64,000 bases of DNA. Source: Thermomonas sp. Its GTDB lineage: Bacteria > Pseudomonadota > Gammaproteobacteria > Xanthomonadales > Xanthomonadaceae. Numbering within the stretch: the first letter of the stretch is position 1; the number at the start of each line of letters is the position of its first letter. The notes under the pieces were generated by a model that saw nothing but the letters and a program-made list of their open reading frames with translations, ran no database searches and was not told where the DNA came from. Below are positions 41,584-54,159 of this stretch, piece by piece. The translations under genes and the position numbers were made by a program. The stretch is from NCBI GenBank assembly GCA_044226035.1, contig JBGAHT010000007.1, positions 2,406 through 66,405 of the forward strand. The letters run 5' to 3'.

Positions 41584-42792
41584 ATGCCCGCTTCCCTGCT
41601 CGACTTCCTGACCGGTGGCCTGGTCCAGCCCGGCTGGGCCACCCTTGCGGTGTACCTGCTGGTCGCGACCCAGCTCACCATCTTCTCGGTGACGCTGTAC
41701 CTGCACCGCAGCATCGCCCACCGCGGCGTCGACTTCCATCCGCTGCTGGCGCACTTCTTCCGCTTCTGGAACTGGATCACCACCTCGATGATCGCGCGCG
41801 AATGGGCGGCGATCCACCGCAAGCACCACGCGAAGTGCGAGACCGAGGAAGACCCGCACAGCCCGGTGGTGAAGGGCATCGGCAACGTGTTCTGGCATGG
41901 CGTGGAGCTGTACCGCGAAGCGCGCGCCGACCGCGCGTCGATCGAGCAGTACGGCAAGGGCTGCCCGGACGACTGGATCGAACGCAAGCTGTACACGCCG
42001 CACGCGACCCTCGGCCCGACCTTGCTGCTGTTCGCCAGCTTCGCCCTGTTCGGCTTCAAGGGCGTGGCGGTCTGGGCGATCCAGATGGCGTGGATCCCGT
42101 TCTGGGCCGCGGGCGTGGTCAACGGCCTCGGCCACTGGTGGGGCTACCGCAACTTCGAAACCGACGACACCGCGACCAACCTCTCGCCCTGGGGCGTGTG
42201 GATCGGCGGCGAGGAACTGCACAACAACCACCACGCGTTCCCGTCCTCGGCCAAGTTCGCGCTGCGCAAGTGGGAATTCGACATCGGCTGGGCCGCGATC
42301 CGCGCCGCGCAGGCGCTGGGCCTGGCTAAGGTGCTGCGGGTCGCGCCCGCGCTGGACGTGCGCCCGAACATCAAGGTGCCGGACATGGAGACGATGAAGG
42401 CGCTGCTCGCGCACCGCTTCCAGGCCATGACCGACTTCAAGCGCGGCGTGCTCGCGCCGGCGTTGCAGGAGGAAGCCGCCGCGCGCGGCCTGCGCCTGCG
42501 CCGGCTGCTGCCGCGCAAGCTGCGCCACGGCCTCGCCGACGACGGCCGCTGGCTGAGCCCGGACGCGCGCGCGCAGATGCACGCCTGGGTGGAAGAGTCG
42601 CCGCGCATCCGCGCGCTGGTCGAGGCGCGCGCGCGCCTCGCGCAGGTGCTGACCGCGCGCAGCAACGACGCCGCCGAACGCCTGCACCAGTTGCAGGCAT
42701 GGTGTCGCGAGGCCGAGGCCAGCGGCATCCACGCGCTGCAGGCCTATGCCGCGCGGCTCAAGGGCTATTCGCTGCAGGCCACCCGCGCCTGA
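41584..42792 (+). CDS. Membrane fatty-acid desaturase (acyl-CoA/acyl-lipid delta-9-type)
   Basis: Histidine boxes HRSIAH, HRKHHAKCE and HNNHHAFP, plus TM segments. Confidence 0.8.
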   Translation: MPASLLDFLTGGLVQPGWATLAVYLLVATQLTIFSVTLYLHRSIAHRGVDFHPLLAHFFRFWNWITTSMIAREWAAIHRKHHAKCETEEDPHSPVVKGIGNVFWHGVELYREARADRASIEQYGKGCPDDWIERKLYTPHATLGPTLLLFASFALFGFKGVAVWAIQMAWIPFWAAGVVNGLGHWWGYRNFETDDTATNLSPWGVWIGGEELHNNHHAFPSSAKFALRKWEFDIGWAAIRAAQALGLAKVLRVAPALDVRPNIKVPDMETMKALLAHRFQAMTDFKRGVLAPALQEEAAARGLRLRRLLPRKLRHGLADDGRWLSPDARAQMHAWVEESPRIRALVEARARLAQVLTARSNDAAERLHQLQAWCREAEASGIHALQAYAARLKGYSLQATRA

Positions 42793-42799
42793 TCCGCGC

Positions 42800-43150
42800 A
42801 TGCGGCGTGCCTCCGCCGTCGCATGCATGGCCGTCATGAGTACGGTCGCGTTGGCGCCGGGCCTCGCGTTCGCGCAAGTCGCGTCCAGCGGCGACTACCT
42901 CGCGCGCATGGACGCGGACCGCGACGGCCGCGTCTCGCTGGCCGAATACCAGGACTGGCTGAGCTACGCCTTCGACGCGATGGACCGCGACCACGACGGC
43001 GCGCTGTCGCCGACGGAACAGCCCGGCGGGCGCGGTGCGCCGATCACCCGCGAACAACACCGCGCGCGCCTCGCCGAGGCGTTCCGCCGCCAGGACGCGA
43101 ACCACGACGGTTTCCTCGGCGCGAAGGAACTCGCCGCGCCGCCGCGCTGA
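42800..43150 (+). CDS. EF-hand calcium-binding protein, secreted
   Basis: Signal peptide [25 protein letters not shown]. Three DxDxDG loops: [24 protein letters not shown] and [12 protein letters not shown]. Confidence 0.7.
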   Translation: MRRASAVACMAVMSTVALAPGLAFAQVASSGDYLARMDADRDGRVSLAEYQDWLSYAFDAMDRDHDGALSPTEQPGGRGAPITREQHRARLAEAFRRQDANHDGFLGAKELAAPPR

Positions 43151-43208
43151 GGCGGCCCACGCGCGCGCTGGCGCTACACTCGGGGTTCCCCCGATGGAGA
43201 ACGCGGCG

Positions 43209-45155
<1,947 letters not shown>

Positions 45156-45207
45156 AGCGGCGCAAGCGCATTCCGCCAACCCATATTCCATGACCAAGGG
45201 AAACCCG

Positions 45208-46770
45208 ATGAAAGCCCTGCCCCTCGTCCTCGCGCTGCTCTCGGCCACGATCCTGCCGTCGCAGGCCGCATTCGCCGCGAACAAGGCTCCGCACGCCCAG
45301 CGCGCCGCGCACCCCGCCGAAGACCCGTTCGCGAACGTGTACATCGTCACCTCGCGCAAGACGTTCGACAACATCCATGCGCTGGTGCGCAACCCCGCCT
45401 CGCGCCGCGACAGCCTCGGCAACGAGCTGGTCGTGTCCGAGACCAGGGCGCACATGCTCGATGCGGTGAACGGGTTGATCCACCAGCGCGAATTGCGCTG
45501 CGGCGGCTACTTCGCGTTCGACAGCAGGCAGAAGGCGGAGGCGTTCATCGCCGCCGACCGTTCGGCGTCCGCCGCGCGCGCGTTGGCGGTGAGCTACACC
45601 ATCGACAACGCCGCGACGGTGGATCCGTGGCTGCCGCAGGTCAGCGGATTCGGCATCCACGACGTCATTACCACGCTGTCGGGCTACAAGAACCGTTACT
45701 ACGCCAGCGGCTACGGCAAGGCCGCGGCGGAATGGATCAAGGGCCGCTGGGACTCGCTCGCCGCAGGCCGCGGCGACGTGAGCAGCGAACTGTTCACCGC
45801 TTGCACCAACTGCTCCACCCAACCGTCGGTGATCCTCACCATCCAGGGCAACGAGCTCGCGAACGAAGTGGTGGTGCTGGGCGCGCACCTGGATTCGATC
45901 AACGACAGCGCCGGCGGCAACCCCGAGATGGTCGCGCCCGGCGCGGACGACGACGCTTCCGGCGTCGCGACGTTGACCGAAACCCTGCGCATCGCGCTGG
46001 CGAGCGGCTGGAAGCCGAAGCGCACGGTCAAGTTCATGGCCTATGCCGCCGAGGAAGTGGGCTTGCGCGGCTCGAACGCGATCGCGCAGCAGTTCAAGGC
46101 GAACGGCGTGAACGTGGTCGGCGTGCTGCAGCTGGACATGACCGAATACCGCAAGGGCACGCCCGAGGACATGCAGCTGGTCACGGATTATTCCAACGCC
46201 AGCCTCAAGCAGTTCTTCAACGACCTGTTCGACGCCTACCTCGCGCCCATGGGCCTGCGCCGCGGCACCATCACCTGCGGCTACGGTTGTTCCGACCACG
46301 CGTCCTGGAACAGCGCCGGCTATCCGTCCGCGATGATGTTCGAATCCGGCGACGACACCGGCGCCAACACGCCGGCGTTCCGCGGCTTCAACCCGAACAT
46401 CCACACCACCGGCGACACGCTTGCGTTCCTGGGCGATTCCACCGCCAACAGCGTCAAGTTCGCGAAGTTCGCGCTGGCCTTCGCCGGCGAGCTGGGCAAG
46501 ACCAGCGGCGCGGGGCCTTCCAATGCGCCGCCGGTCGCGAATTTCCGCAGCAGGGTCGTGCGCCGCACGGCGGCCTTCACCGACCGTTCCAGCGACAGCG
46601 ACGGCAGCATCGTCGCGCGCGCGTGGAATTTCGGCGACGGCAAGACCTCCACCGCGACCAGCCCGACGCATGCCTATTCCGCGCCCGGCACCTACAACGT
46701 CACCCTGACCGTCACCGACGACGACGGCGCGACCGCGAGCAAGACCTCGCCAGTCACCATCGCGCGCTGA
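45208..46770 (+). CDS. Secreted M28-family aminopeptidase with C-terminal PKD domain
   Basis: Signal peptide MKALPLVLALLSATILPSQAAFA. M28 motifs: HLDSINDSAGG, GADDDASG and MAYAAEEVGLRGS. C-terminal PKD domain: ANFRSRVVRRTAAFTDRSSDSDGSIVARAWNFGDGKTSTATSPTHAYSAPGTYNVTLTVTDDDG. Confidence 0.8.
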   Translation: MKALPLVLALLSATILPSQAAFAANKAPHAQRAAHPAEDPFANVYIVTSRKTFDNIHALVRNPASRRDSLGNELVVSETRAHMLDAVNGLIHQRELRCGGYFAFDSRQKAEAFIAADRSASAARALAVSYTIDNAATVDPWLPQVSGFGIHDVITTLSGYKNRYYASGYGKAAAEWIKGRWDSLAAGRGDVSSELFTACTNCSTQPSVILTIQGNELANEVVVLGAHLDSINDSAGGNPEMVAPGADDDASGVATLTETLRIALASGWKPKRTVKFMAYAAEEVGLRGSNAIAQQFKANGVNVVGVLQLDMTEYRKGTPEDMQLVTDYSNASLKQFFNDLFDAYLAPMGLRRGTITCGYGCSDHASWNSAGYPSAMMFESGDDTGANTPAFRGFNPNIHTTGDTLAFLGDSTANSVKFAKFALAFAGELGKTSGAGPSNAPPVANFRSRVVRRTAAFTDRSSDSDGSIVARAWNFGDGKTSTATSPTHAYSAPGTYNVTLTVTDDDGATASKTSPVTIAR

Positions 46771-46773
46771 GGT

Positions 46774-46806
46774 GGGAAAAAAGAAACCCGCCTCGCGGCG
46801 GGTTTC
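46774..46806. terminator. Bidirectional rho-independent terminator hairpin (gggaaaaaagaaacccgcctcgcggcgggtttc), copy 1, between the convergent aminopeptidase and rtcB
   Basis: GC-rich stem aaacccgcc/ggcgggttt flanked by A/T runs on both strands. A 33-nt identical copy lies at 50418-50450. Confidence 0.7.
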
Positions 46807-46827
46807 GTGGCCATCCATGGCCAAGGT

Positions 46828-48057
<1,230 letters not shown>

Positions 48058-48111
48058 GTCTCTTCAGTCCATTGAAACCTGCGCGATGCGTCCTTGCGCC
48101 GCGCAGGGGTG

Positions 48112-49233
48112 TCACTTCATCGTCACCAGCTGCTTCAGCACGCCATCCAGGCCGCCGAACACGGTGAGCTTGTCGATCTTCTCGGTGACCTTCTCCAGGG
48201 CCTCGAGCTCCTTCAGGCGCATCAGCACCGGGCTGTCCTCGATCAGCTTGGCGGTGTTGAGCAGGGAACGCGTGGCGTTCGCCTCCTCGCGACGGCGGAT
48301 CACGTTAGCTTGCGCCGCCTTTTCCGCCTGCACCACGCTGTTGAGGATGTCCTTCATCTCGCCCGGCAGGATCACGTCCTTCACGCCGACACCCAGCACC
48401 TCGATGCCCAGCTCGGTCACCCGGCCGCGCACGTAGCCGAAGATGTCGGCATCGAGCGAGGCCTTGTCGCCGAGCAGCTCGTCCAGCGTCTTGGCGGCGA
48501 TCGCCTTGCGCAGGCCGAACTGCAGCTCGCGGTACACGTAGTCGCCGAACTTGGCGACCCTGGTGCGCGCGGCCACCGGGTCGGTGACGCGGATGCTGGC
48601 GGCCAGGTTGACGCGCAGGCTGACCTTGTCGCGGGTCAGCAACTCCTGGCCCGAGACCTCCAGCGACTGCACGCGCAACTCGATCACGTCCACCGCCACG
48701 TTCTTGCGGAAGTTCCAGAACGCGTGGTTGCCGGCCTCCAGCACCTGCACCAGCTTGCCGTCGATGAACACCAGGCCCGCCGACTCCGCCGGCACGTCCG
48801 CCACGACGGCGAGCTTGCCCAGCGTGCCGAGCTGGCGCAGGCGGTTGGCGACATCGCCGCGCACCGCCAAGCCATCGGCCAGCGACACGCGCTCGACCTC
48901 GACCTTCACCAGCCCGCGCCAGTACAAGCGACGCGAACCCGGCGCCAGCACGTCCTCCAGCTTGCCGTTCTTCGACACCAGGCCGACTTCGTCGGCGCCG
49001 ATGTCGGCGAACACGAAGGTCTCGCCCAGCCGCGCGCCGAGGCGCGCGATCAGCGCGTCCACGTCGTGGCCGGCGTACTCCGGCGCGGCGATGTTGTACG
49101 TACGCACCTCGATGCGCGTGAGCGGGTCGAACATGCGGTGCACGCCCGGCTCCAGCACGCGCTCGAACTGGCGATTGCGATACAGCAAGGCGCGCTCGCC
49201 GTCGCCGATCACGATTCTCTTGCTCCAGAACAT
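48112..49233 (-). CDS. SPFH/band-7 (slipin-like) domain protein, 374 aa
   Basis: C-terminal part LTRDKVSLRVNLAASIRVTDP...LGIEVLGVGVKDVILPGEMKDILNSVVQAEKAAQANVIRRREEANATR is typical SPFH. The N-terminal ~150 aa is a distinct domain. Lies 55 bp upstream of rtcB on the same strand. Confidence 0.7.
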   Translation of the reverse strand: MFWSKRIVIGDGERALLYRNRQFERVLEPGVHRMFDPLTRIEVRTYNIAAPEYAGHDVDALIARLGARLGETFVFADIGADEVGLVSKNGKLEDVLAPGSRRLYWRGLVKVEVERVSLADGLAVRGDVANRLRQLGTLGKLAVVADVPAESAGLVFIDGKLVQVLEAGNHAFWNFRKNVAVDVIELRVQSLEVSGQELLTRDKVSLRVNLAASIRVTDPVAARTRVAKFGDYVYRELQFGLRKAIAAKTLDELLGDKASLDADIFGYVRGRVTELGIEVLGVGVKDVILPGEMKDILNSVVQAEKAAQANVIRRREEANATRSLLNTAKLIEDSPVLMRLKELEALEKVTEKIDKLTVFGGLDGVLKQLVTMK

Positions 49234-49603
49234 GGGTAACTCTCCTTGTTGGTCCTGGTGGTCCGATCCGTTTTCTTCGCGATGGATCGGTTTCGCGTTT
49301 GAAGCGTTTGACTTTGTGGAAGGGGCTTCAGCCCCGAGTTCCTTGGATCGGGGCTGAAATCCCTCCCATGCCCAGCTGGAAAAGGTGGAAACGCCCCTGA
49401 CGTCGATGCCGCGGAGCCGGCGCGCTGTCCGTGCGGAGGCCTGCCGTTGCCGGCATCGCGGTGCATTGCGATCCCGATCCATTGCAGGCCCGCGCGCTTC
49501 GAGGGCGGCGGCCCGGCGACATCGCCGCTGCGTATCCATCGACATCGCGATGCATTGCGATGAAGCGGAACACGCACGGGGCGTTTCCTGGTGCGGGCTT
49601 GCG

Positions 49604-49770
49604 CCCGTGGTCCAGATTTACAGTCTGGTTTGGAGCGGGATTCGAACCCGCGACTCTCGGTGTTCAACCGATGCTCTACCCGACTGAGCTATCCAGTGGT
49701 GGACGAACCGGATTCGAACCGGTGGCCAACGGCTTGCGCCGCTGCTCGACCTCTGAGCTTTCGTCCGCTC
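49604..49770 (-). ncRNA. Two tandem tRNA-like modules (possible Y-RNA-like tRNA mimics or degenerate tRNA genes)
   Basis: Minus-strand reading gives module 1 GGACGAAAGCTCAGAGGTCGAGC...CACCGGTTCGAATCCGGTTCGTCCACCA. It has a D-arm, a canonical T-arm, a pairing acceptor stem and a 3' CCA, but the anticodon arm is too short. Module 2 is ...GGATAGCTCAGTCGGGTAGAGCATCGGTTGAACACCGAGAGTCGCGGGTTCGAATCCCGCTCCAAACC. It has perfect D- and T-arms and a GAA anticodon-like loop with C37, and its 5' and 3' acceptor strands do not pair. tRNAscan-SE has not been run. Confidence 0.4.
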
Positions 49771-50417
49771 GCGGAATACCTTCTCCCGATCCCCGGCATA
49801 CGCCACGGCAGCGCCGCGCGCACCGGACGGGCCTTGCGAACCCGTGCCGCTGTGGACCGTTCGAGCGATGTTCCGCATTGGCGCCTCCGACGTGAATCGA
49901 AAGCGCCAACCCGTGTGCGACTGCATCCGCTTGCCGCCCGTGCCGAAGCATCCAGGCACGGCGCATCCCTGCGCCTTCGCGACGTTTCCCTGCCTCGGGC
50001 CAGCAATGCCCGGATGCTTCGGGAGCGCGATGCAATCGCGTTTTGATCGTGTGGTGGATCCCTTTGCGAACGCCGGAAACGAAACGCCCCCGGGTGCTGG
50101 AACCCGAGGGCGTTCGCGTGGCCTCGGGAGATCGGGGTGACCGATCTCCGCGATGCGGGGGGATCAGTCGATGGAGGTGGAGCCGAAGTAATTCCGCATG
50201 CCGCGAAGCGACAGCGCGTCGCGCCATTCGCACGCGCGCAGGCCCGCATCGCGCTTGCGCGATGGCGTCGATGCTGCGATGTGGAATGAATGCGTCATGG
50301 AGTTCGTGTGTTCGGGAGATCGCCGATTGGCGAAGGTCGCGCACCTTACGCGCGTTGCCTTCATTCCGCAACAGAAATTTCACGTTGCCGACGAGCGGCA
50401 CAGTCCGTGAGCCAGAC

Positions 50418-50450
50418 GGGAAAAAAGAAACCCGCCTCGCGGCGGGTTTC
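50418..50450. terminator. Rho-independent terminator downstream of rpmG (copy 2 of the 33-nt hairpin)
   Basis: gggaaaaaagaaacccgcctcgcggcgggtttc followed by ttttcg. On the minus strand the hairpin is followed by tttcttttttccc. Confidence 0.7.
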
Positions 50451-50528
50451 TTTTCGACTCGAACAAGGTGAAGCAGATCCTTCCCCCGGATCATGTCCGG
50501 GGTCAGGATGACTTCCGCTGCGCGGAAG

Positions 50529-50693
50529 TCACTTGATCTTGCCTTCCTTGTACATCACATGCTTGCGCACGACGGGGTCGTACTTCTTGACCTCCATCTT
50601 GTTCGGCGTGTTCTTCTTGTTCTTGTCGGTGGTGTAGAAATGGCCGGTGTTGGCCGAGGAGATCAGGCGGATCTTGTCGCGCTTGGAAGCCAT
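50529..50693 (-). CDS. rpmG: 50S ribosomal protein L33
   Basis: Reverse-complement translation gives [54 protein letters not shown]. Absent from the supplied ORF track. Confidence 0.9.
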   Translation of the reverse strand: MASKRDKIRLISSANTGHFYTTDKNKKNTPNKMEVKKYDPVVRKHVMYKEGKIK

Positions 50694-50706
50694 GGTTCGA
50701 TTCTCC

Positions 50707-50943
50707 TCAGACCTTCTCGCCCTGCTTGCGCAGGTCGGCCAGGACGGCGTCGATGCCGTTCTTGTCGATGGTGCGCAGGGCCTTGGTGGAAACGCGCAGC
50801 TTCACCCAGCGGTTCTCGGAAGCCACCCAGAAGCGGCGTTCGTGGAGGTTGGGCAGGAAGCGGCGGCGGGTCTTGTTGTTCGCATGCGACACGTTGTTGC
50901 CGGTCGCGACGCGCTTGCCGGTGACTTGGCATTCACGGGACAT
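50707..50943 (-). CDS. rpmB: 50S ribosomal protein L28
   Basis: [78 protein letters not shown]. Confidence 0.9.
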   Translation of the reverse strand: MSRECQVTGKRVATGNNVSHANNKTRRRFLPNLHERRFWVASENRWVKLRVSTKALRTIDKNGIDAVLADLRKQGEKV

Positions 50944-51089
50944 CTGTGCACCTCGATGGTGTGTGGTTGTCGCCCGTAGCCCGGGCGGCGGCGGCCCCGC
51001 CGGCCGATCGGGTCGGGGGCGGGAATCGCTGCGGGACGCAGCGAGCCGCGCATTATGCCGGCCCGACCCGGCCCGGGCAAGCACTTATC

Positions 51090-51300
51090 CACAGGATGGG
51101 GTCGGCTCCCTCCCTTTCGCCGCAGGCGAAGGGGAGGGCTGGGGAGGGGTGGCATTTCAGTTCAGCACCCCGCAGTCCAGAAGCACCCTTCCCAACCGTC
51201 CGGCCCTCGGGCACAGCCCTCGGGCGTTCATCGCGGTGCGAACCAAGGGTTCGCAAGCACCGCTCTTCACCCCCCTTCGCTTCGCGAAAGGGGAGGAGTG
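51090..51300. repeat. REP-like elements (ctccctccctttcgccgcaggcgaaggggagggctggggagggg; cccccttcgcttcgcgaaaggggagg)
   Basis: Same families as at 14.34 kb. Lies upstream of rpmB. Confidence 0.55.
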
Positions 51301-51305
51301 AAGGG

Positions 51306-51644
51306 CTAATGGCTGGCGCGGTCGCGCTTCCAGCCGCGGTGGCGGATGTCCAGGTACAGGCTGTAGCAGGCGGTGAACGCCGGGAACAGGTTCTGCAGGA
51401 TGCCGACCGAGTCGTTCTTGCCGAACACGAAGTAGCTCAGCGTCATCAGGCTGCCGAGGATGCTCATGTACCAGAACAGGCGCGGGATCACCGGCTTGCC
51501 GTAGCGCCGGCTGGCGACGAACTGCACCAGCCAGCGGCCGCCGAACATCAGCGCGCCGGTCAGGCCGATCAGCTTCCACGGGCTCATGTACAGCCCGGTC
51601 CACTCCAGCCAGGCGATCGGCGAATTCATCACGTCCGCGGCCAC
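51306..51644 (-). CDS. Lipid-A-disaccharide synthase N-terminal-domain (LAB_N-like) small membrane protein
   Basis: 112 aa with three TM helices. WLEWTGLYMSPWKLIGLTGALMFGGRWLVQ... Immediately downstream of a GT2 gene. Confidence 0.55.
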   Translation of the reverse strand: MAADVMNSPIAWLEWTGLYMSPWKLIGLTGALMFGGRWLVQFVASRRYGKPVIPRLFWYMSILGSLMTLSYFVFGKNDSVGILQNLFPAFTACYSLYLDIRHRGWKRDRASH

Positions 51645-51645
51645 C

Positions 51646-52371
51646 TCACACTTCCTCGACGGCGGTGCGGCGGTTGCGCGCGATCAGCCAGGCCACGCCG
51701 CGCAGGTCGCGGATGCCGACCAGCGCGCGGTTGAGGTTGTTGTACTTGGACACGCCGCTGGCGCGGTGGCGGTGGTTCACCGGCACGCTCACCGTCTTCC
51801 ACCCCGCGCGCTGCATCAGCGCGGGCAGGTAGCGGTGCATGTGGTCGAACCAGGGCAGGTCGAGGAAGGCCTCGCGCTCGAACAGCTTGATGCCGCAGCC
51901 GGTGTCGGGGGTGGAATCGCGCAGCATGCGGCTGCGGATCGCGTTCGCCCACTTCGAGGCCCAGCGCTTGCTGCCCGAGTCCTGGCGGTCGACCCGCCAG
52001 CCGGCGAACAGCTTCACGCCCGGATCGGCGCGTTCGCGCTCGGCGAGCAGCCTGGGGATGTCGGCCGGGTCGTTCTGGCCGTCGCCGTCCAGGGTCGCGA
52101 TCCACGCGCCGCGCGCGGCCTTGACCCCGGTGCGGACCGCGGCGCTCTGGCCGCTGTTGCTGAGGTGGCGGACCACGCGCAGTTCCGGCACCCCGGCCTT
52201 GAGCCCGCGCAGCACGCCGAGCGTGCCGTCGCGCGAGAGGTCGTCGACGTAGACGATCTCGAAATCGCAGCGTCCGCGCAGCGCGGCGACGATCTCGCCG
52301 ACCAGCGGCGCGACGTTGCCTTCCTCGTTGTACACGGGGACGACGACCGAAAGTTGCGGTGCTGCGCTCAT
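51646..52371 (-). CDS. Family 2 glycosyltransferase (polyprenyl-phosphate sugar transferase-like)
   Basis: SVVVPVYNEEGN...IVYVDDLSRDGT...LDGDGQNDP (the DxD motif). Confidence 0.8.
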   Translation of the reverse strand: MSAAPQLSVVVPVYNEEGNVAPLVGEIVAALRGRCDFEIVYVDDLSRDGTLGVLRGLKAGVPELRVVRHLSNSGQSAAVRTGVKAARGAWIATLDGDGQNDPADIPRLLAERERADPGVKLFAGWRVDRQDSGSKRWASKWANAIRSRMLRDSTPDTGCGIKLFEREAFLDLPWFDHMHRYLPALMQRAGWKTVSVPVNHRHRASGVSKYNNLNRALVGIRDLRGVAWLIARNRRTAVEEV

Positions 52372-52384
52372 GCGTCGCGTGGCC

Positions 52385-53323
52385 TCAAGGCTTGTTGCGC
52401 AGGCGTTCCAGGACGCCGTCGAGCATGTCGAAATCGCTGTAGTGGATCACCAGCTTGCCGCGTCCGCCGCGACCGGGCTGCACGTCCACGCGCGTGCCCA
52501 GCGCTTCGCCCAGCTCGCGCTGCAGCGAGGCGATGTCGGCCGAGGGCGAAGCCCTGGTCGCGGCCGGCCTGGCCTTGCCCGGCACGCGGCCCGCGCCGAG
52601 CAGTTGCACCCGGCGCTCGACCTCGCGCACCGACCACTCCTGCGCGGCCGCCTGCTTGCCGAGCGCGACCGCCGCGGCCGGCGCCAGCGCCAGCAACGCG
52701 CGCGCGTGGCCCATTTCCAGCGCGCCGGATTCGACCATCGCGCGCAGTTCCGCCGGCAGTTCCAGCAGGCGCAGCAGATTCGTCACCGCGGTGCGCGAGC
52801 GGCCGACGGCTTCGGCGGCGGCGGCGTGGGTCAGATCGAACTCGTCGATCAGCCGCTGCAGCGCCTGCGCTTCCTCGAGCGGGTTCAGGTCCTCGCGCTG
52901 GATGTTCTCGATCAGCGCCATCGCGACCACGGTGCGGTCGTCGACCTCGCGCACCACCACCGGGATTTCCGCCAACCCGGCCTGCTTCGAGGCGCGCCAG
53001 CGGCGTTCGCCGGCGATGATTTCCCAGGTCTTGCCGCCGCGCGGCTGCACGATTTCGCGCACCACGATCGGCTGGATCACGCCCTGCGCGCGGATCGATT
53101 CGGCGAGCTCGGCGAGCTTGGCCGGATCCATGATCCGGCGCGGCTGGTACTTGCCCGGCGCCAGCGCATCGACCGGCAGCGTGCGCAGCGCGTCCTGCGG
53201 GGTGGCTTCGAGCTTGGGCGCCTGCGCCGCGGCCTTGGGCCCGAGCAGGGCTTCGAGCCCGCGCCCGAGCCCGCGCTTCTTGGCGGGCGCGCCCTTCGAA
53301 GGCGTGTTCTTCGCCGTGGTCAT
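52385..53323 (-). CDS. parB: Chromosome partitioning protein ParB
   Basis: KRGLGRGLEALLG...GERRWRASKQAGL...HTH, with a C-terminal dimerisation region. The listed 432-aa ORF is trimmed to the Met of MTTAKNTP. Confidence 0.85.
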   Translation of the reverse strand: MTTAKNTPSKGAPAKKRGLGRGLEALLGPKAAAQAPKLEATPQDALRTLPVDALAPGKYQPRRIMDPAKLAELAESIRAQGVIQPIVVREIVQPRGGKTWEIIAGERRWRASKQAGLAEIPVVVREVDDRTVVAMALIENIQREDLNPLEEAQALQRLIDEFDLTHAAAAEAVGRSRTAVTNLLRLLELPAELRAMVESGALEMGHARALLALAPAAAVALGKQAAAQEWSVREVERRVQLLGAGRVPGKARPAATRASPSADIASLQRELGEALGTRVDVQPGRGGRGKLVIHYSDFDMLDGVLERLRNKP

Positions 53324-54126
53324 GCGTGTTGCTCCGTGGTCGCGGCCTGCTTCGCCTGCTTGCGTTCGCGCTGGTGGCGCAGCACTTCGCCGGCGAGGCC
53401 GAGGTAGGCGATCGCGCCGCGGCTGCCCTTGTCGTAGCCGACGATGCTCTGGCCGTGGCTCGGCGCCTCGGCCACGCGCACGTTGCGCGGGATGATGGTG
53501 CGGAACACCTTGTCGCCGAAATGCGCGACCAGTTCCGCCGACACCGCGTTGGCGAGGTTGTTGCGCACGTCGAACATGGTGCGCAGCACGCCTTCGATTT
53601 CCAGGCCCGGGTTCAGCTTCGCCTTCAGCGCGTCGATGGTGGTGAGCAGCGCGGTCAGGCCTTCCAGCGCGTAGTACTCGCACTGCATCGGCACCAGCAC
53701 GCTGTCGGCGGCGGTGAGCGCGTTGAGCGTGAGCAGCGACAGCGCCGGCGGGCAGTCGATGACGATGAAGTCGTATTTCGCGCGTAGCGGATCGAGCGCG
53801 CGCTTGAGCCGCTGCTCGCGCCCGTCCTCGTCCATCAGCTCGATCTCGGCCGCGGTCAGGTCGGTGTTGCCCGGCAGCAGGTCGAAGCCTTCGGCCGTGG
53901 CCACGATCGCGGCGTCGGCGTGCTGTTCCTCGAGCAGCACGTCGCAGGTCGAGGCCGACAGCTCGCGCTTGTCCACGCCGCTGCCCATGGTCGCGTTGCC
54001 CTGCGCATCCAGGTCGACCAGCAACACGCGGCTCGCCGACTGCGCGAGCGCGGCGGCGAGGTTGACGGCGGTGGTGGTCTTGCCGACGCCACCCTTCTGG
54101 TTGGCGATGGCGATGATGCGGGCCAT
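53320..54126 (-). CDS. parA: Chromosome partitioning ATPase ParA (Soj)
   Basis: MARIIAIANQKGGVGKTTTAVNLAAALA is a deviant Walker A motif. Confidence 0.9.
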   Translation of the reverse strand: MARIIAIANQKGGVGKTTTAVNLAAALAQSASRVLLVDLDAQGNATMGSGVDKRELSASTCDVLLEEQHADAAIVATAEGFDLLPGNTDLTAAEIELMDEDGREQRLKRALDPLRAKYDFIVIDCPPALSLLTLNALTAADSVLVPMQCEYYALEGLTALLTTIDALKAKLNPGLEIEGVLRTMFDVRNNLANAVSAELVAHFGDKVFRTIIPRNVRVAEAPSHGQSIVGYDKGSRGAIAYLGLAGEVLRHQRERKQAKQAATTEQHA

Positions 54127-54159
54127 GCGGGGAAGCATTCCTGCGCGACGGATCGGGGA

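Noticed and set aside
49604-49770. Two canonical tRNA genes (Phe-GAA and another)
   Set aside because: D- and T-arms are perfect, but the acceptor strands of module 2 do not pair, position 37 is C, and module 1 is ~6 nt short of an anticodon arm. They are reported as tRNA-like ncRNA rather than tRNA, pending tRNAscan-SE.
49604-50160. tmRNA (ssrA)
   Set aside because: T-arm-like GGTTCGAATCC sequences with a CCA end prompted a check, but no tag-peptide reading frame (…ANDENYALAA-like) was found nearby.
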